A DNA stretch of 62,000 nucleotides from Octopus vulgaris (GCA_951406725.2 OX597824.1:32322001-32384000), one strand, 5' to 3'. Numbered from the stretch's first letter, positions 1 to 14,170 are shown. Numbers and translations are program-made. The notes: generated from the letters alone by a model not told the origin.

Positions 1-177
1 TTTATTTACCTTCTCAGGTTTTATTCATTATTAAAAAAAAAACAACATATATTGCATGCCTTACAAACCAGAAGAGAGCCCTCAATACAAAGTTGGATCA
101 TAATAGCCCAACAAACAAAAGAGGCTGCTTTAGTTCTATTTTGGCTAGTGACAGGTTACAGTTTGGATCTGTTACTA

Positions 178-742
178 TTGGGTTGTCCGGAAAGTTCATG
201 CCAATTTTTAAAGGACTGAAAAAGGTCAATAAATTTCTTGCCATTACATTTCTAATCAACCAAATATGAACCATTTTGTTGCCCAATGCGTCTCCATCTT
301 TCCTTTAACTTGAAAATACCCTCTTCCCAGAATTGAGGTGGTTTCATGGCAAAGAATTCATCAACGTGATTTACGTCATCTAAGGAATTGAAATTTTTAT
401 CATTGAGACTATTCTGCAGAGACCTGAAGAAGTGGAAATCCAAAGGAACAATATCTGGTGAATATGGAGAGTGGGGTAACACATCCCAGCCGATCTGCAG
501 CAATTTTTGTCTGGTTCCCAAAGCATCAAGTGCAGAAAATGAACTTTCTTATCTTCCATTTTAAAGGGTTACAGAATTAATGCAGGTTATAGGAACATAA
601 ACCTTCTTCAACGAAAAGATAAGCTTAAACTGTGCTGTAAATGGAGGTATAGTCAGATCCTATTTTATGGACTCAACCTTGTTCTAAAATAAGTCGAAAT
701 GTAAGCTACTATAAATCGGCACGAACTTTCCGGACAACCAAA
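178..742 (-). mobile_element. Mariner internally deleted element, 565 bp
   Basis: TA-flanked TIRs ttgggttgtccggaaagttc / gaactttccggacaaccaaa; transposase remnants MEDKKVHFLHLMLWE and GWDVLPHSPYSPDIVPLDFHFFRSLQN. Confidence 0.9.
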
Positions 743-804
743 TAAATCAACTGCCATGAAGGTTGGTTCTCAATACTGATTGCACCATTATTTCATCTTA
801 TGTG

Positions 805-807
<3 letters not shown>

Positions 808-848
<41 letters not shown>

Positions 849-868
849 ACACACACACACAAACACAC
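808..868. repeat. (CA)n microsatellite (many further CA, TA, GA, TCTA tracts across the window)
   Basis: Direct reading. Confidence 0.95.
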
Positions 869-1859
869 ATGTATGATGTTTGAAATGAAAGCAATCCAAA
901 AGTAGGCATAACCGTTTATTAACTCACACAGGCCTTTCAAACTGTACATGTTGGTAGAGATACAGATGCTCATCCTCTGCAGTAACTCTTCATTCTGTTC
1001 TCCTTAATTGTAGGCAAAAAACAAGTTCCAAGCAGAAGCAACATGTCATCATTGACAGACAGAATAGTGGTGCTGGCTGTCTGACATCCACAGAAAGCTA
1101 CAGGATGTTTACAGTGATGACATCATTGACAAGAGCAATTTCTCCTTTAGACCTTTGGCATTTCAAATAATTCAGTCAAATGCAATGCTTATTTATTCAC
1201 TGTTTTGAATTAATCATGCCTTTTGTAGCTTCAAGATTCCAATAGTGTGTTTGTATATTTTTAGAATGACATTGTAGGGAATTTTAACATAAAACAGCTA
1301 GAATATTTGGGTTGGATACAGCTGGATGAAATGCTAAAGAGTTAGACTTCTTCAGATAAACGAAGTTTAACCGTTTAGTTTTCACATTATTCTGCGAAAA
1401 TTAATGCTTTTTCATCCACATTGTTTTGAACTAATCATGCATTATCTTGTAGCTATGAGATTTTGATGAGGTAGCTGTTGATTTTTAAAATGATATTGTA
1501 GGGTTGGTGTGAGAGACCAGATCTGGTCAGTTTAAACATAAAACAAGCTGAATACTTTTGGCCGGATATGGCCAGTGTTTGAATAGGAACCTCTTCTAAG
1601 TTGGTTTTAGTTATTTAAAAGATTTTTTAAAAAGAAATATACACACATGTGTATAAACCATGTTTGTATGTGATTTTTGTTTTTCTTTTTAATTCGAAGT
1701 GGAAAGAAGTGTATTTTTACTTCTAAATAAAATCAGCTTCAAAGAATAACATACAAAGGATCCCATGAGCATTAAAGTAGCAAAGGTAAATTGTTACTTT
1801 TCTGATAACTAAAACAATGTAAGCTGTTTGAAATGCTAAAAGGTTAAAGAACTGGAAAC

Positions 1860-2100
1860 CATCCTTGAAGACAAACTATACAGAAGGAGACCAACTGCAA
1901 CACTTGACAAGCATCACCAGTAGTTGGGAGAATTTATTTGTGCCAATAGATGAGTGACAATCCTTGAGTTTTCTGGATGACAGGACTGTTGTCAAATATG
2001 CATTGCAGAAGATGTTGGAATTCCGTAGTTATTGGAAAGTCTGTGTGAAGTAGGTTTCTCGGCAGCCGGTAAATGATTTGAAAGAGAGAAGGACAGAAAT
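1860..2100 (+). mobile_element. Degenerate mariner transposase fragment
   Basis: Remnants resembling GRP.. and YWKVCVK*VSRQ (cf. mariner YRKVCARWVPR.L). Confidence 0.4.
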
Positions 2101-3599
2101 CTGGTCTTAACTGCTGGAAACATTTAAGGCAATGAAGATGTATCTTTTATCTTTTACTTGTTTAATAAATTAGGTTGCGACCATGCTGGGGCACCACCTC
2201 AAAGAATTTTAGTTAAATGAATTGACACCAATGCTTATGTTCTTTTTAAGCTTGGTACTCATTCTAAGTACAAAGAAACACACACACACATACATATAAT
2301 ATATATATATATATATTTCTTTACTACCCACAAGGGGCTAAACTCAGAGGGGACAAACAAGGACAGACAAACGGATTAAGTTGATTACATCGGCCCCAGT
2401 GCATAACTGGTACTTAATTTATCGACCTCGGTGGAATTTGAACCCAGAACATAATGGCAGACGAAATATGGCTATGCATTTTGCCTGGCATGCTAACGTT
2501 TCTGCCAGCTCGCCGCACATACATATATATATATATACATATATATAGTCCTACCCATACATGCATGGACGATGGATGTTAAACAATGTTAAATGACGAT
2601 GATGTTGATATTTATATACATACACATATATGATGATCTTCTTTCAGTTTCTGTTTACCATATTCACTCACAAAGCTTTGGTCAGCTCAAGGCTAGAGTA
2701 GGTGACACTTGCCCAAGGTTCCACACAGTGTGACTGAACCTAGATCCATGTGATTGGGAAGTAAATTTCTTACCACATAACCATGCCTGTGTCCATGTTA
2801 TTTTTCCTGATCTGGTGACAAGAGATGCAACTTGGCCTTATGTTTATGATCCAGAAACAAATGACTTAATCCATAGAACAGAGACAGGGTCATCATTTGA
2901 AATGACTGTCATAAGTTTTTTGAGTGTTTTGAATGGACTATTGTAAATAAATTAAACAGATCTTCTATTAGTTGCAATTATGAGCATTTTGGCTGTTTGA
3001 TTACCAGAACTGTCTCCTCAGTGTATTGGTGTATATAAAAGGTTGACAATTCTACAGACACAAGGGTCCTTAATGTAATACTCAATCACAATCAGTGTGG
3101 CACTGTGTGATGACAATGCTGGTTTTTGAATTTCATATCCCATTCATCTGACTGGCTTCACATATTATGCTCATTCAGTTTTATTCACAGGACTGCTAGA
3201 AAACTATGGCAGAAGACATATGGGATAAGTGAAAGTTATGGCAGAAGATTATGGTAGAAGGCTCTGAGAGAAGTGAGTTCTGCTAGAAGGTTATGGTAGA
3301 AGACATTTGCCCCAAATACTTCATAGTAGGATCAAACTTAGAACATCATTTGGCATATTTTTTTTTACTGGTTAAAAAGCCCAAAGTCAAGATCTGTTAA
3401 CTGTGCTGATAGAAAGCTGAAGACAACCTTCTCTCTTATTGTAACCTTCTCTTGGTCAGTGAATTTGACTTCAGCATGGCAGCTTACAAATCATTAGACA
3501 CACAGTTGCCCTCAGCCCCCCTGTTCACCTCTGAATTGACAAATACTTGCTGAAGAAGAAGAAAAATTACAAGATTGGACAAAGTAATTTCTAAACAAC

Positions 3600-5262
3600 T
3601 TTTTAATCAGTTTGTCTTGATTTTTTTTTAGTCATGTAAGATTTTTACAGTTGTGTAAGATATTGTGTAAAAAGTCAAACAGCGAAAGTTTATTTGGCAC
3701 ATTTCCAAAGAAACAGCCAACTGATGGAATTAAATGTTTGTAAAGAAAGGTTTCATAAGTTTACAAGTTAGAGTGTGACAAAATATATTCTTAATTTCTT
3801 TGCTGTCCATCTTAGTTTATTATGGTAGGGAATGGTTGGTGGTGGTTGAAGAGAAAGTGGGAAAGAAAAATTTTCATGGAAAGAAAGAGTGAAAATAATT
3901 ATTTCTTAATTAGGCAAGAAATGTTAAAAGGTACAAAGTTAGGAATATGAAAAGTTGTAATAGTTGTACCTTTGTGACTGGAAACTGCGTTACAAACTTA
4001 ATATTCCAAGAATATACTGCTGTACCATGATGGCAGCCATAGAGAATCAAAATGATATCACAAGTGCATTTGTATTTCTGTTTTAGTCCTCCACAATTGA
4101 TATGTGGCATAAAAAACGTAAGAACCATTGAGTTATTATCCTAATTAGAATAATTCTAGATTGTTATTTAAAAGAAATAGAGAGAAAAACTTTATTTGTA
4201 GTTGTTAATCTAGTTCTGCTTCTCACTTCAAGAAAACCTATTGAAAAATATATCACACTATCAAATCATACGATATTGTGCTATTACTTGTATTAGTTTA
4301 TATCTATGCAGTCTTCCAAGAAATCTCTATGTAAATAATAATAATTTAAGATCTCAAATAGAGAAAGGAAAAAAAAAGAAGGAATATACTGGTAGAAAAA
4401 AATCCCAGAAAACATGCAATAAGTTAGGAAAAAAAAAATCAATTTTTAAAATCTTTATTTTTGTTTTTCATTCTTGGAAGGGACAAAGCTGGACCTGGGA
4501 ACTTCCAAACTGGGTTCTGAAGTCCTCCGTTTCAAACTTCATAAATGGAAAATCAGGGTAAAAGTTATAAATATCAAATTATAGCAATATTTCCATTTTT
4601 ATGGACTTTTTTTTTATTTTCCATATAGTTCAAAAAATACTTATAAAAATCTATCATAAGAAAATTTGGTGGGTTTCATTTTTTTCTTGTTTTACGACAA
4701 TATTTCATTTCTTTTGATTTATATCTGTATTGACATGTGCACAAATTTGTTTTGTTTAATTTAAGAAAAGAGTAAGGTCCTCCAAGAGAGGACCAAAACC
4801 TCAAAGAAATTTGCAATTAAGAGGGGGTGGGGGTTTGAATCAAGAAGAATCAAAATGGTTAGGTATTGTTATCAAACACAAAGATTAAAATACATGTATA
4901 TATTTGCATTTCTTTTTAAAGGTATGTTTGGCCACAGTTCTGCTTCGTAGTCTCCATGATGAACAACTGGAGACAGGAGAATCCACACGTACATTTAAAG
5001 CTACTTCCCGAACACAAGATCTCATATATTCAAACACAAATACACACAAACTGACAGAGGCAGCTCTGAAATGTTCTAATCGTGGATACAGCTGTTGTAA
5101 TTCGGTTTCAGAAATCTGTTGTGAAAATACTTTTATATTTGTCCTATAAAATTCTGATGGTATCTGTAAGTCTGTGGTCCATCATTCGGGTAAGAACATT
5201 TCTCGACCTGTAGTTGATCAACTACCTAACATCAATCACAGTTAAATGGATCAGCTCTGTTT
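3600..5262 (-). other. Probable RyR 3' UTR (end uncertain)
   Basis: No recognisable TE from about 3560 to the stop; minus-strand AATAAA at 4454-4459, 4191-4196, 3816-3821, 3689-3694. Confidence 0.45.
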
Positions 5263-5361
5263 TCAGCTAGAAGCTTCATCTTCATACTGTTTCCTAAAGC
5301 AATCACCAACTGGGAAAAAGTCCCAGCAGCGCTGTTGATACATTTCCCAAACATAGGTTTC
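5263..5361 (-). CDS. RyR: RyR last coding exon: [32 protein letters not shown]
   Basis: 99 nt ending in TGA at 5265-5263. Confidence 0.98.
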   Translation of the reverse strand, partial: ETYVWEMYQQRCWDFFPVGDCFRKQYEDEASS

Positions 5362-6670
5362 CTGGAACATAACAAAACAATTGATATCATAATTTGTTAA
5401 GACAAATAATTATAACAATACAAAATGTGGAAATATTTAAAATATTGTGTTGATGTTATCTATCCCCTAATAAACTCTGGCAGAGAAGACATTCAAGCCT
5501 CGATCATCCTATCATTTATTTAGACATAGTGTATCTAGGACTTCATTATCTATAGTGTCCTTCCTTTTTAAGACAACAGGGGTTGATTTAAGGGAGATCT
5601 GGCTGCTATTTCTTGCAGATCATTGGAACACATAGAGGTTTTCTTTTTAACTTTTTAGAATATAATAATTTACATGAAAAACAGATGGCTAATGGTTAGA
5701 GAGATAGAAATGTCATGATTCATAGAATATTTCTTTTTACTATAAGCACAAAGCCTGAAATTTTTGGGGTGGGGATTAATCTATTACATCAAACTCAGTA
5801 CTCAACTGGTATTTATTTTACCAAACCCCAAAGGGTAAGAGGCAAAGTCATTCTTGGTAGAATTTGAACTCAGAACGTGAAGACAGAGGAAATGCTGATA
5901 AGCATTTTGTCCAACACACTAATGATTTTGTCAGCTTGCTGTCGTCTATAATTGAAGAAATATTAATTTCTAACATATGCCCACATTTTTGGGACAATTT
6001 GGTGTAGTCAATTACGTGAGCTCCCCACCACATGACTGGTATTTTATTTGCAGTATTTAAGAAGAATGAAAGACAAAGTTGATATCAGCAGAATTTAAAA
6101 TCAGAATGTAAAGGACCAGAAATTCATAAATACTTTGAGGTATTTCGTAGTGGGCCCCTGGCCTACTATTATCTTAATCCCACTTAATCTACTGAAAGGT
6201 CCCATTGATTCCCTGCTCCACAAATTCTAAACTAGTAAAGATACTGAATGGGTTGTCATTGAAGAAAGGAAATAAATTACTATATTACCATTTACAGTAT
6301 ATGTACTATTGTATAGAACACACACACATATATATAAATAAAAAGGGGTTTGTATGATTGTGTATAGAGGGATATATATTATTCAAAGGAATTCCAACTC
6401 TGTCTGTTTTTTATGTTTTATTTATATTCTTTATAATATTAATGAAGGATATAAAATATGTAGTATAAATATATAGTGTATATAGTGTATATAGTAAAAT
6501 GAAATGAAGTATTGATTGTCTTATTGAATAGATGAAATAGTGAATATGAATATTAAGGGACTCTATACTATATACAGCATACATATTATTTATACTATAT
6601 ATTCTATATTCTACATTAATATTATAAAGAATATAAATAAAACATAAAAACAGAGTTGGAATTCCTTTGA

Positions 6671-6704
<34 letters not shown>

Positions 6705-6706
<2 letters not shown>

Positions 6707-7128
6707 CTCTTTACTCTTTACTCTTTTACTTGTTTCAGTCATTTGACTGCGGCCATGCTGAAGCACCGCCTTTAATCGAGCAACTCGACCCCGGGACTTA
6801 TTCTTTGTAAGCCCAGTACTTATTCTATCGGTCTCTTTTGCCGAACTGCTAAGTGACGGGGACATAAACACACCAGCATCGGTTGTCAAGCAATGCTAGG
6901 GGGACAAACACAGACACACAAACATACATGCACACATATATATATATATATATATATACATATATACGACGAGCTTCTTTCAGTTTCCGTCTACCAAATC
7001 CACTCACAAGGCTTTGGTTGGCCCGAGGCTATAGTAGAAGACACTTGCCCAAGGTGCCACGCAGTGGGGACTGAACCCGGAACCATGTGGTTCGTAAGCA
7101 AACTGCTTACCACACAGCCACTCCTACG

Positions 7129-7130
<2 letters not shown>
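6705..7130 (-). mobile_element. tRNA-derived SINE family B with internal (CA)/(TA) tract (other minus copies ~16700-17110, 17320-17710, 24985-25440, 27265-27710, 27945-28425, 30240-30415, 33850-34020, 52190-52500)
   Basis: Head aggagtggctgtgtggtaag..ggttccgggttcagtccc, core ttgggcaagtgtcttctactatagcctcggg, tail gagtaaaa repeats. Confidence 0.88.
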
Positions 7131-7200
<70 letters not shown>

Positions 7201-7858
7201 CTATTTGTGAAGGCAATGTGGCTCAGTGGTTAGGGCATAAAGCTCATGATCATAAGGTCAGGAGTTTGATATTCTCCAGTGGCATGTTGTATCCTTGAGT
7301 TAGACCTGTGTTTCCCAAACTTTTTGTGCCAAATTGCAATATCGCCTACCTGTCGGCCAAAAAATGTTCCATCGCCCACCTGTATGAAAAAAACCCTGAC
7401 ACAACCCTCAAACACAAAATCCCCCAGCTGCCCCCTCAGTATCATTTGATACACACTATATAGTAGACTTGTTGCCCTGTTATTGCCATTGTGTGTGTGT
7501 ATTTATCTGGGTAATAACCATATAACATGCTTTCCAAAGCTTCTATATGGTTATTGGTTACCATATGCCATCATACAGCAGGATTACTACTTTACTACTT
7601 TTACAGGATATACATGTGGAAATCCATTAGTGTATGCAGAATTCATTCAAGCAAAATTATAATACAGGATGGAATGAACAGGCTTTAATCCAAATCATTA
7701 AAATTGCTTCTGTGCATTGGTATCAGCTGGTAATTGCCGAGTGCTTCACATATTACACATATTATTATATAAATATATAACTAACAGCTGATGTTAATAC
7801 ACAGAAAGAATTGTTGTGATTCGGATTAAAGCCTGTTCATTCCATCTTTTTGCATTAT

Positions 7859-7893
<35 letters not shown>

Positions 7894-7917
7894 CTATCTG
7901 TCTGTCTGTCTGTCTGT

Positions 7918-8009
<92 letters not shown>

Positions 8010-8258
8010 CATTCAAAGCAATGATTAGTAAATTCACGAAACCAGTATGCTTTTGAATCTCTTTAAGAATTCCCAATAATGACTTTTATTACTTTTATTC
8101 CTACCTCAGTTCATCTAATTGTATATATCCATCGTAACTTTTTCATAAAAAGCCTTTACTTTTTTTGATTTCCAATGTGCATTTTCACTTCTTTTTCTTC
8201 TTACTTTCCCCTTACATTTCCATGTGTAGTTTCTATTTTATTTTTGTAACATATTTCT

Positions 8259-8295
<37 letters not shown>

Positions 8296-9103
8296 CAGTG
8301 TCGAGGTGCATGGCTAGGGTCTTGGACTCATGATCATAAGATTGTAGTTATGATTCTTGCACTGAGTGACACATTGTGTTCTTGAGCAAATCACTTCATT
8401 TCACATTGCTCCAGTCCACTCGGCTGGCAAAAATAAGTAACCATGGAAACTGGGAAACCAGTCCTTATGAGTTGGCATGAGTCAGGAAGGTAACCATTAC
8501 CTTTATATACAGGGTGCGGCAGAAGTAACACCCTTTTGTATTTGAGTTTTCTAGTTTCTAACTGAAACAATACTTAACAAGAGCACTCAGAGAGCACAAA
8601 CCTCGGCCAATGCAACACCAATGTCCTCTCAACAATTAGCCACAGATGATTTTTAAAATGGGAATATCTGAAATAGGGTTGACTGTTCTCACAAATAAGA
8701 ATACTAAAAATGAACTCAACCGCTCTCAAAAATTAAGTAAAAAAAAAACAGAAAAAATAATCCAGGGAGAACCAGGAATGATATTTGTGTGTGTGCATGC
8801 ACATGTGTATGAGTCTTAGTGTGTGTGTGTGTGTATGTGTGTGTGTAACAGCTGTAAGACCTTCTATCTATAAATGCTCTAATATCTACACAGCCTTGGT
8901 TTGTTATCTTATTACGCAAAAAATTCTTATATACACATGCTGACATAGAACCAACGTTGAACCCCTTATTCGCAAAATTACCAAATCTGGAACTTAACTA
9001 TGATCTGTCTATAGCACTTATTCAGCATTACCTGACACCTTTGGGTCTCAATGACACCATTATCTCTTATAACCTCAGATTCCTCTCTCTCTCTCTCTCT
9101 CTC

Positions 9104-9164
<61 letters not shown>

Positions 9165-9287
9165 TTATATAGTATCACTATTATTTGTTCTCTGCTTTCA
9201 TGCTGGATGCAAATATAGAGTAGATAAAGTGTGATCAAGTTGAGAAGTAGAGTAACATGTTATAAAAATGGAAAAAGAAAATCTTAC

Positions 9288-9339
9288 TTGTCCAGTGTAC
9301 TCTGTGTCTGGTTTGTTAATAAGATGCATTAAGAAGAAC
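9288..9339 (-). CDS. RyR: RyR exon: FFLMHLINKPDTEYTGQ
   Basis: 52 nt, phase 2-0. Confidence 0.97.
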
Positions 9340-9556
9340 CTGTCAAAAGAAAAAAAATGATTTCTTTTTATAACTGAAAACAGCAAGCATTTGTCGAAAA
9401 TGGCAAACCTGTATAGGCTTGGCAATGTGGGTTGGGGGGGGGAGGCAAATTTGAGGGGTACCCTGGGTGATACACACTCTAGCTATGCCACTGACAGAAA
9501 GGATCAAGAAAAGTGTTTAAAATGAAGCCTGGAGATGGGTGTGGTTGCAATATATA

Positions 9557-9790
9557 TTTCTTTACTATCCACAATGGGCTAAACACAGAGGGGACAAACA
9601 AAGACAGACAAATGGATTAAGTCGATTGCATCGACCCCAGTGCATAACTGGTACTCATTTAATCAACCCTGAAAGGATGAAAGGCAAAGTCGACCTCGGC
9701 GGAATTTGAACTCAGAATGTGGCGACAGACAAAATACTGCTAAGCATTTCGCCTGGCGTGCTAACGTTTCTGCCAGCTCACCGCCCTTGC
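9557..9790 (-). mobile_element. tRNA-derived SINE family A (other copies ~2316-2516, 5740-5945, 10620-10840, 11710-11870, 31770-31985, 46800-47005, 48850-49065; head fragment + at 61325-61412)
   Basis: Minus-strand head ggcggtgagctggcagaaacgttagc, B-box gagttcaaattcc, core gtcgactttgcctttcatcctttc; 14-bp TSD gtggttgcaatata. Confidence 0.85.
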
Positions 9791-9829
9791 GTGGTTGCAA
9801 TATAGATTATAAGAGATGAGTTTGCTAGA

Positions 9830-10200
9830 TGGACCTGACTGGAATCAGTATGAGAGCTGCCAACACCAATTAACAAAAGTCCCTATAGTAGTGGGAGAAG
9901 AGGTAGAACAAGAGAGACAATACATCTGCGAGAGGGTGTTAGAATTTGGTAGGTTTCACATCAATTTGTTTGGTGGCCTTTTTTTATGCTGTCTAAGATA
10001 TCTGTGCATGTAAGGTTGCACCATTCCAGGCAAGGCAGCTGTATTTCCTTGTGGAGCTCACAACGTCTTTGTAGAGGTTAAGTAATTTATTTATCCGTTA
10101 GTCAGGTGAGAAGGCAATCTTCTTGAACCCAAGGCTTCTGAGTTTAATGAAAAGAAGGGAAGATGTTCTCAAACAGGAGACCTGGCATGTTTGTTTGCAA
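9830..10200 (-). mobile_element. Degenerate LINE RT C-terminal fragment (I/Jockey-like)
   Basis: Frameshifted LLNLYK...YSCLAWNGA remnant resembling LYK.QVRP.MEY.S..W.GA. Confidence 0.35.
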
Positions 10201-10904
10201 CAGGGGGAATTCTGCTGAAGATACCCTACTTGATGATGGATCAATCCATTAGCATTTACACCAGCCATATCTGGCCAAATATTTAACTGGTTTTATGTTC
10301 AAACTGGCCCAATCTGACCTCTCACACTAACCCTACAATGTCATTCTAAAAATTAATTATTACCTCATGAAAACCTTAAACCTACAAGATAATGCATAAT
10401 TAATTCAAAATAATGTGAATAGATAAGCATCACATTTGACAGAGTAATGTGAATGCTAAAGGATTAAGTCTACCACTTAAGTAGGCTATGGAAGGGATTT
10501 GAACTAAGAATGCAATGTAAAGCATTTGGTTTAATGTTTTCACAATTCCAATAATCTATTGTCCTGGGCTGGTATTGGTTGGAACTGAAGCTTTTTTCTG
10601 GAGCTGAAGTTTAGTGAAATAATCCTTTCTTCTTTTGGCACAAGGCCTGAAACTTTTTGGGGAGTGGGGGCTTGTCAATTATATCAACCCAAGTGCACAA
10701 CTGGTACTTATTTCATCAACCCCAAAAGGATGAAAGGTAAAGTTGACCTTGGCGGAATTTGAACTCAGAAACGTAAGTATGGATGAAATACCACTAAGCA
10801 TTTTGCTCAGCGTGCTAGCAATTCTGTCAGCTCGCCACCTTAGTTTATACAAATAATGACACAAAAATAAAGAAAAATAAAAGTGATCAAAAAAAGATAC
10901 TTAC

Positions 10905-11005
10905 ATGTAATTTGCAAAATTATGTTCATTCATTACATGAGTGTCGAAACCATGCGGAACTTTATCAAAGAATTCCTTGCCGATACCACAGATGAAACAT
11001 TTAGA
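10905..11005 (-). CDS. RyR: RyR exon, CTD zinc finger: [33 protein letters not shown](M)
   Basis: 101 nt, phase 0-2; C2H2 ligands present. Confidence 0.98.
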
Positions 11006-12047
11006 CTGAAAATAAAATAAGGATATGATGACTTTCATATTTATTCTAAAAACACTCTGGCAGATTCAAACATAAATATGCTAATCACTGTTGTACCTTG
11101 CTACAGAAGATCGGTTTCTTTTTTGTAATGAATATGTGTTTATAACACTTGATTCATTAGTGCAATGGACTCTGAGATGGCTGGTGTTTCAACATTGTTG
11201 TGTCTCATTAGTCAGAAGCACCCTGGACTAAATTAATCTAATAAGAATTGGAAGCTCTGTTTATGACTTCAGTGGACAAGTTATTTGCTGATCCAAGCAG
11301 CCAACTGATAACTTATCATTCTATGCAGTGAACAGCAAGATTAAAAATGATGACTTGCATATAAAAACAAAACAATGTTGATTTCTAACATAAGTGCTGG
11401 TATAGCTGTGTAGTTAAGAAGTTTGTTTATAAACCATACAATTTCAAATTCAGTTTCACTGTTAGGTGCTCTGGTCAAGTACCTTTTATTGCAGCTTTGG
11501 ATCGAATAATGTCTAATGAATGGAATATCCATGAGTGAGTGTCTCTCTATTTCTGTATACTAGTGTAGAAAGGTGTGTCGAAAGGTAACTTAGTCATTTG
11601 CTAATCAGAGATTGATAAAACATAAGTACTAGTGTGTATGGGTCAATATAAATGTGAATCAGAAAGAAAGGCTAATAGAATTTGCATTACTTTCTGAAAT
11701 GGTTAATACTTCTTTCTATGATATGCACAAGACCAGAAACTTGGGAAGAGGGAGCTTGTTAATAATAATGACCCTCACCAGTGCTCAACTGGTAGTTGTT
11801 TTATCAACTCGAAAATGATGAAAGACAAAGTCAACCTTGCTGGAATTTGAACTCAGAATGTAAAGTCAGAGAAAAAAAAGTTAGGTAGTTTACTAAATTC
11901 TTTCAAATTGTTTTAACTTTTTCAAAATTATTTAACATACATAAAACAGTGTATTTTTGTTTGAAATACAATAATAAAGGAATTAAACAATGAGCATTGA
12001 AATAGCTAAAAGAATGGACTTGTAAGCATGCTATATTTTCTATTTAC

Positions 12048-12112
12048 CTCCATATCTTCTTTTACTTGTTCCAATTGATCTCTCAGTTCTCCGAAAGCGT
12101 CAATGATCAAAC
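12048..12112 (-). CDS. RyR: RyR exon: (G)[21 protein letters not shown]
   Basis: 65 nt, phase 1-0. Confidence 0.98.
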
Positions 12113-13628
12113 CTGTAGAGGGATAAAAAAAAACAAATTTATGCCAAATTCTTCCTTGCCAAGCAATATTAAATTATATACAAACCTGTTGGAGTGTATG
12201 TGTATTTCTAATTGTTGTTAATATTGTTGCTGTTTAGCCCTAGGCCAATCCTAATTGAGTAAACTTGTGATCAAAGGCATTTTAGCTGTGACCATTCCAT
12301 CTTTTTAAGAGTATTTTGCTGATCGGGAAAGTGGTTTTTTTTATAGCTCAAAGTCAGATTGCAGAAAATACTTGAAATATCTTTGGTAAAAAATTTGAAA
12401 CAAATACCATTCATCAGTGATTGACATAATATCAACCCAATAATTTCTCTGTGTTAATGACTTATTGTATTTACTCATATGTAAGTCACACTGTTTTATA
12501 CTTGATATTAATTGAAAAAATTAGGGTGCATCTTATACATGGGGCAAATGCAGGTGATAAAACTTCTGTACAACAGCAAAAAGCCTTTTTGAGTCAGATG
12601 TGATTTTGGAACAAAAGTTTCTATCATTTTTAGTGCTCATTTTTGAAGCTTCAAGTATTAATGTTAAATCAGGGGAAAAAAATATAAAGGTTGCACATAT
12701 GTCCATGGCAACAGAAGCTTACAATTATTTATGCTAGGAATGCGAGCATTAATAATACAAATAGTTCTCAATGTTATGAGTTAATTTGTTCTTAGTAATT
12801 ACATGTTAATTAAGAACTTGCATGTGCCACTGGCACGGAAGCCAGTTTGTTGCTCTGGCAACGATCACACTCGGATGGTGCTCTTGGCACTCCACTAGCA
12901 CGGATACCAGTCATCGAATTTAATTTCGATTTTGATTTCATTTGCCTCAACAGGTCTTCACAAGTAGAGTTTAGTGTCCAATGAAGGGAAGGTATGCATA
13001 AGTGGGCTGGTTAAACCCCTGGCATAGGCCATGTGGTTATGGTCTCACTTGGCTTGCCGGGTCTTCTCAAGCACAGCATATTTCCAATACATTGAATAAA
13101 AACAACTACAATAGTGCTGAGCTAGGGAGTTTGGGTGGTGGGTGGTGGGTGGATTGCTAGCTCTCACCTAAGCAATTTTGTTTTTGGCTCAGTTGAAAGA
13201 CATATTCATCGATTTGGACATAAAGTTTTGGGCAGTGCACATTGAGTTACTCACTAGTTCTTATTTTTAACTTAGTAGATTCTTGTAAAGCTATAAATTC
13301 ATAAACTGGACACTTGTAAGTGATAACTACATGTAATTCTTTTCATTTAATAGTGATATTTCTAGAAGGAAACCATATTCAAACTATAGTAACATTAGTG
13401 AAGGAATATGCTATGTAGGTATACTATGCTATGTAGGTATAAAAAATGGATAGATGATGGTTGGAGGGATGTCGCTGGTAGGTCTAAAAACATAAAAAGG
13501 GATGGGTGGATGTAGATAATATTACATAAGTAGGAGTAAAAATGGATGAAGGTTTGAATGAATATAGATAACACAATAATATTTTCTCAAATTAGAGAGT
13601 TATTTTAATTGAATTATTTGTAACATAC

Positions 13629-13736
13629 CCTGAATGATAGCCAGCAAAATGACAATGATGAAGAAGAAAAATGTGATATCAAATATAATTCTGTATGCTT
13701 CTGATGGATCTCCATCAGCTGGCTCAATTTCATCCC
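13629..13736 (-). CDS. RyR: RyR exon, S6: (G)[35 protein letters not shown](G)
   Basis: 108 nt, phase 1-1. Confidence 0.98.
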
Positions 13737-13989
13737 CTGAAAGAAAAGAGAACAGATAAAATGGATAAAGTAAATTAAGACTGTTAAACAAGTAAATAAA
13801 CAATTTGATTTTGGTTGCATTTATATAGCTTTGCAAATATAGATGACAGCAAGTCAGTCTTCTGTGTTCTTGTAATACCTTATATCTCATCAACAAGACT
13901 TGTATAGGATTCATATAAAATTAAATAAAAAATAATTTTTGTACATATCAAACATTAAAGATACTTTGCAAAAAATAATGGGAAAATAT

Positions 13990-14170
13990 ATGTAAATTAG
14001 ATGTAAAAGAGATGTAAATAAAAAGTGAAATAGATGTAAATTAGATGCAAATTTGATGCAAATTAGATATAAATCTGATGTATCATAGATGTAAATTTGA
14101 TATAAATTAGATGTAAGATAATGTAAAATAGATGTAAATTAGATGTAAATTTTATGCAAATTCAGATATA
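13990..14170. repeat. Degenerate 11-bp minisatellite (gatgtaaatta), about 16 units
   Basis: Direct reading. Confidence 0.8.

Noticed and set aside
1014-1170. Plus-strand acceptor followed by a 51-codon open frame (QKTSSKQ..WHFK)
   Set aside because: No recognisable domain or upstream exons; lies beside a repeat remnant
5250-5265. Stop-codon readthrough of RyR
   Set aside because: Context is TGA-A, not the leaky TGA-C, and another TGA follows after three codons
6705-7130. tRNA genes suggested by A/B boxes in SINE heads
   Set aside because: Boxes belong to multi-copy SINEs; no complete cloverleaf seen
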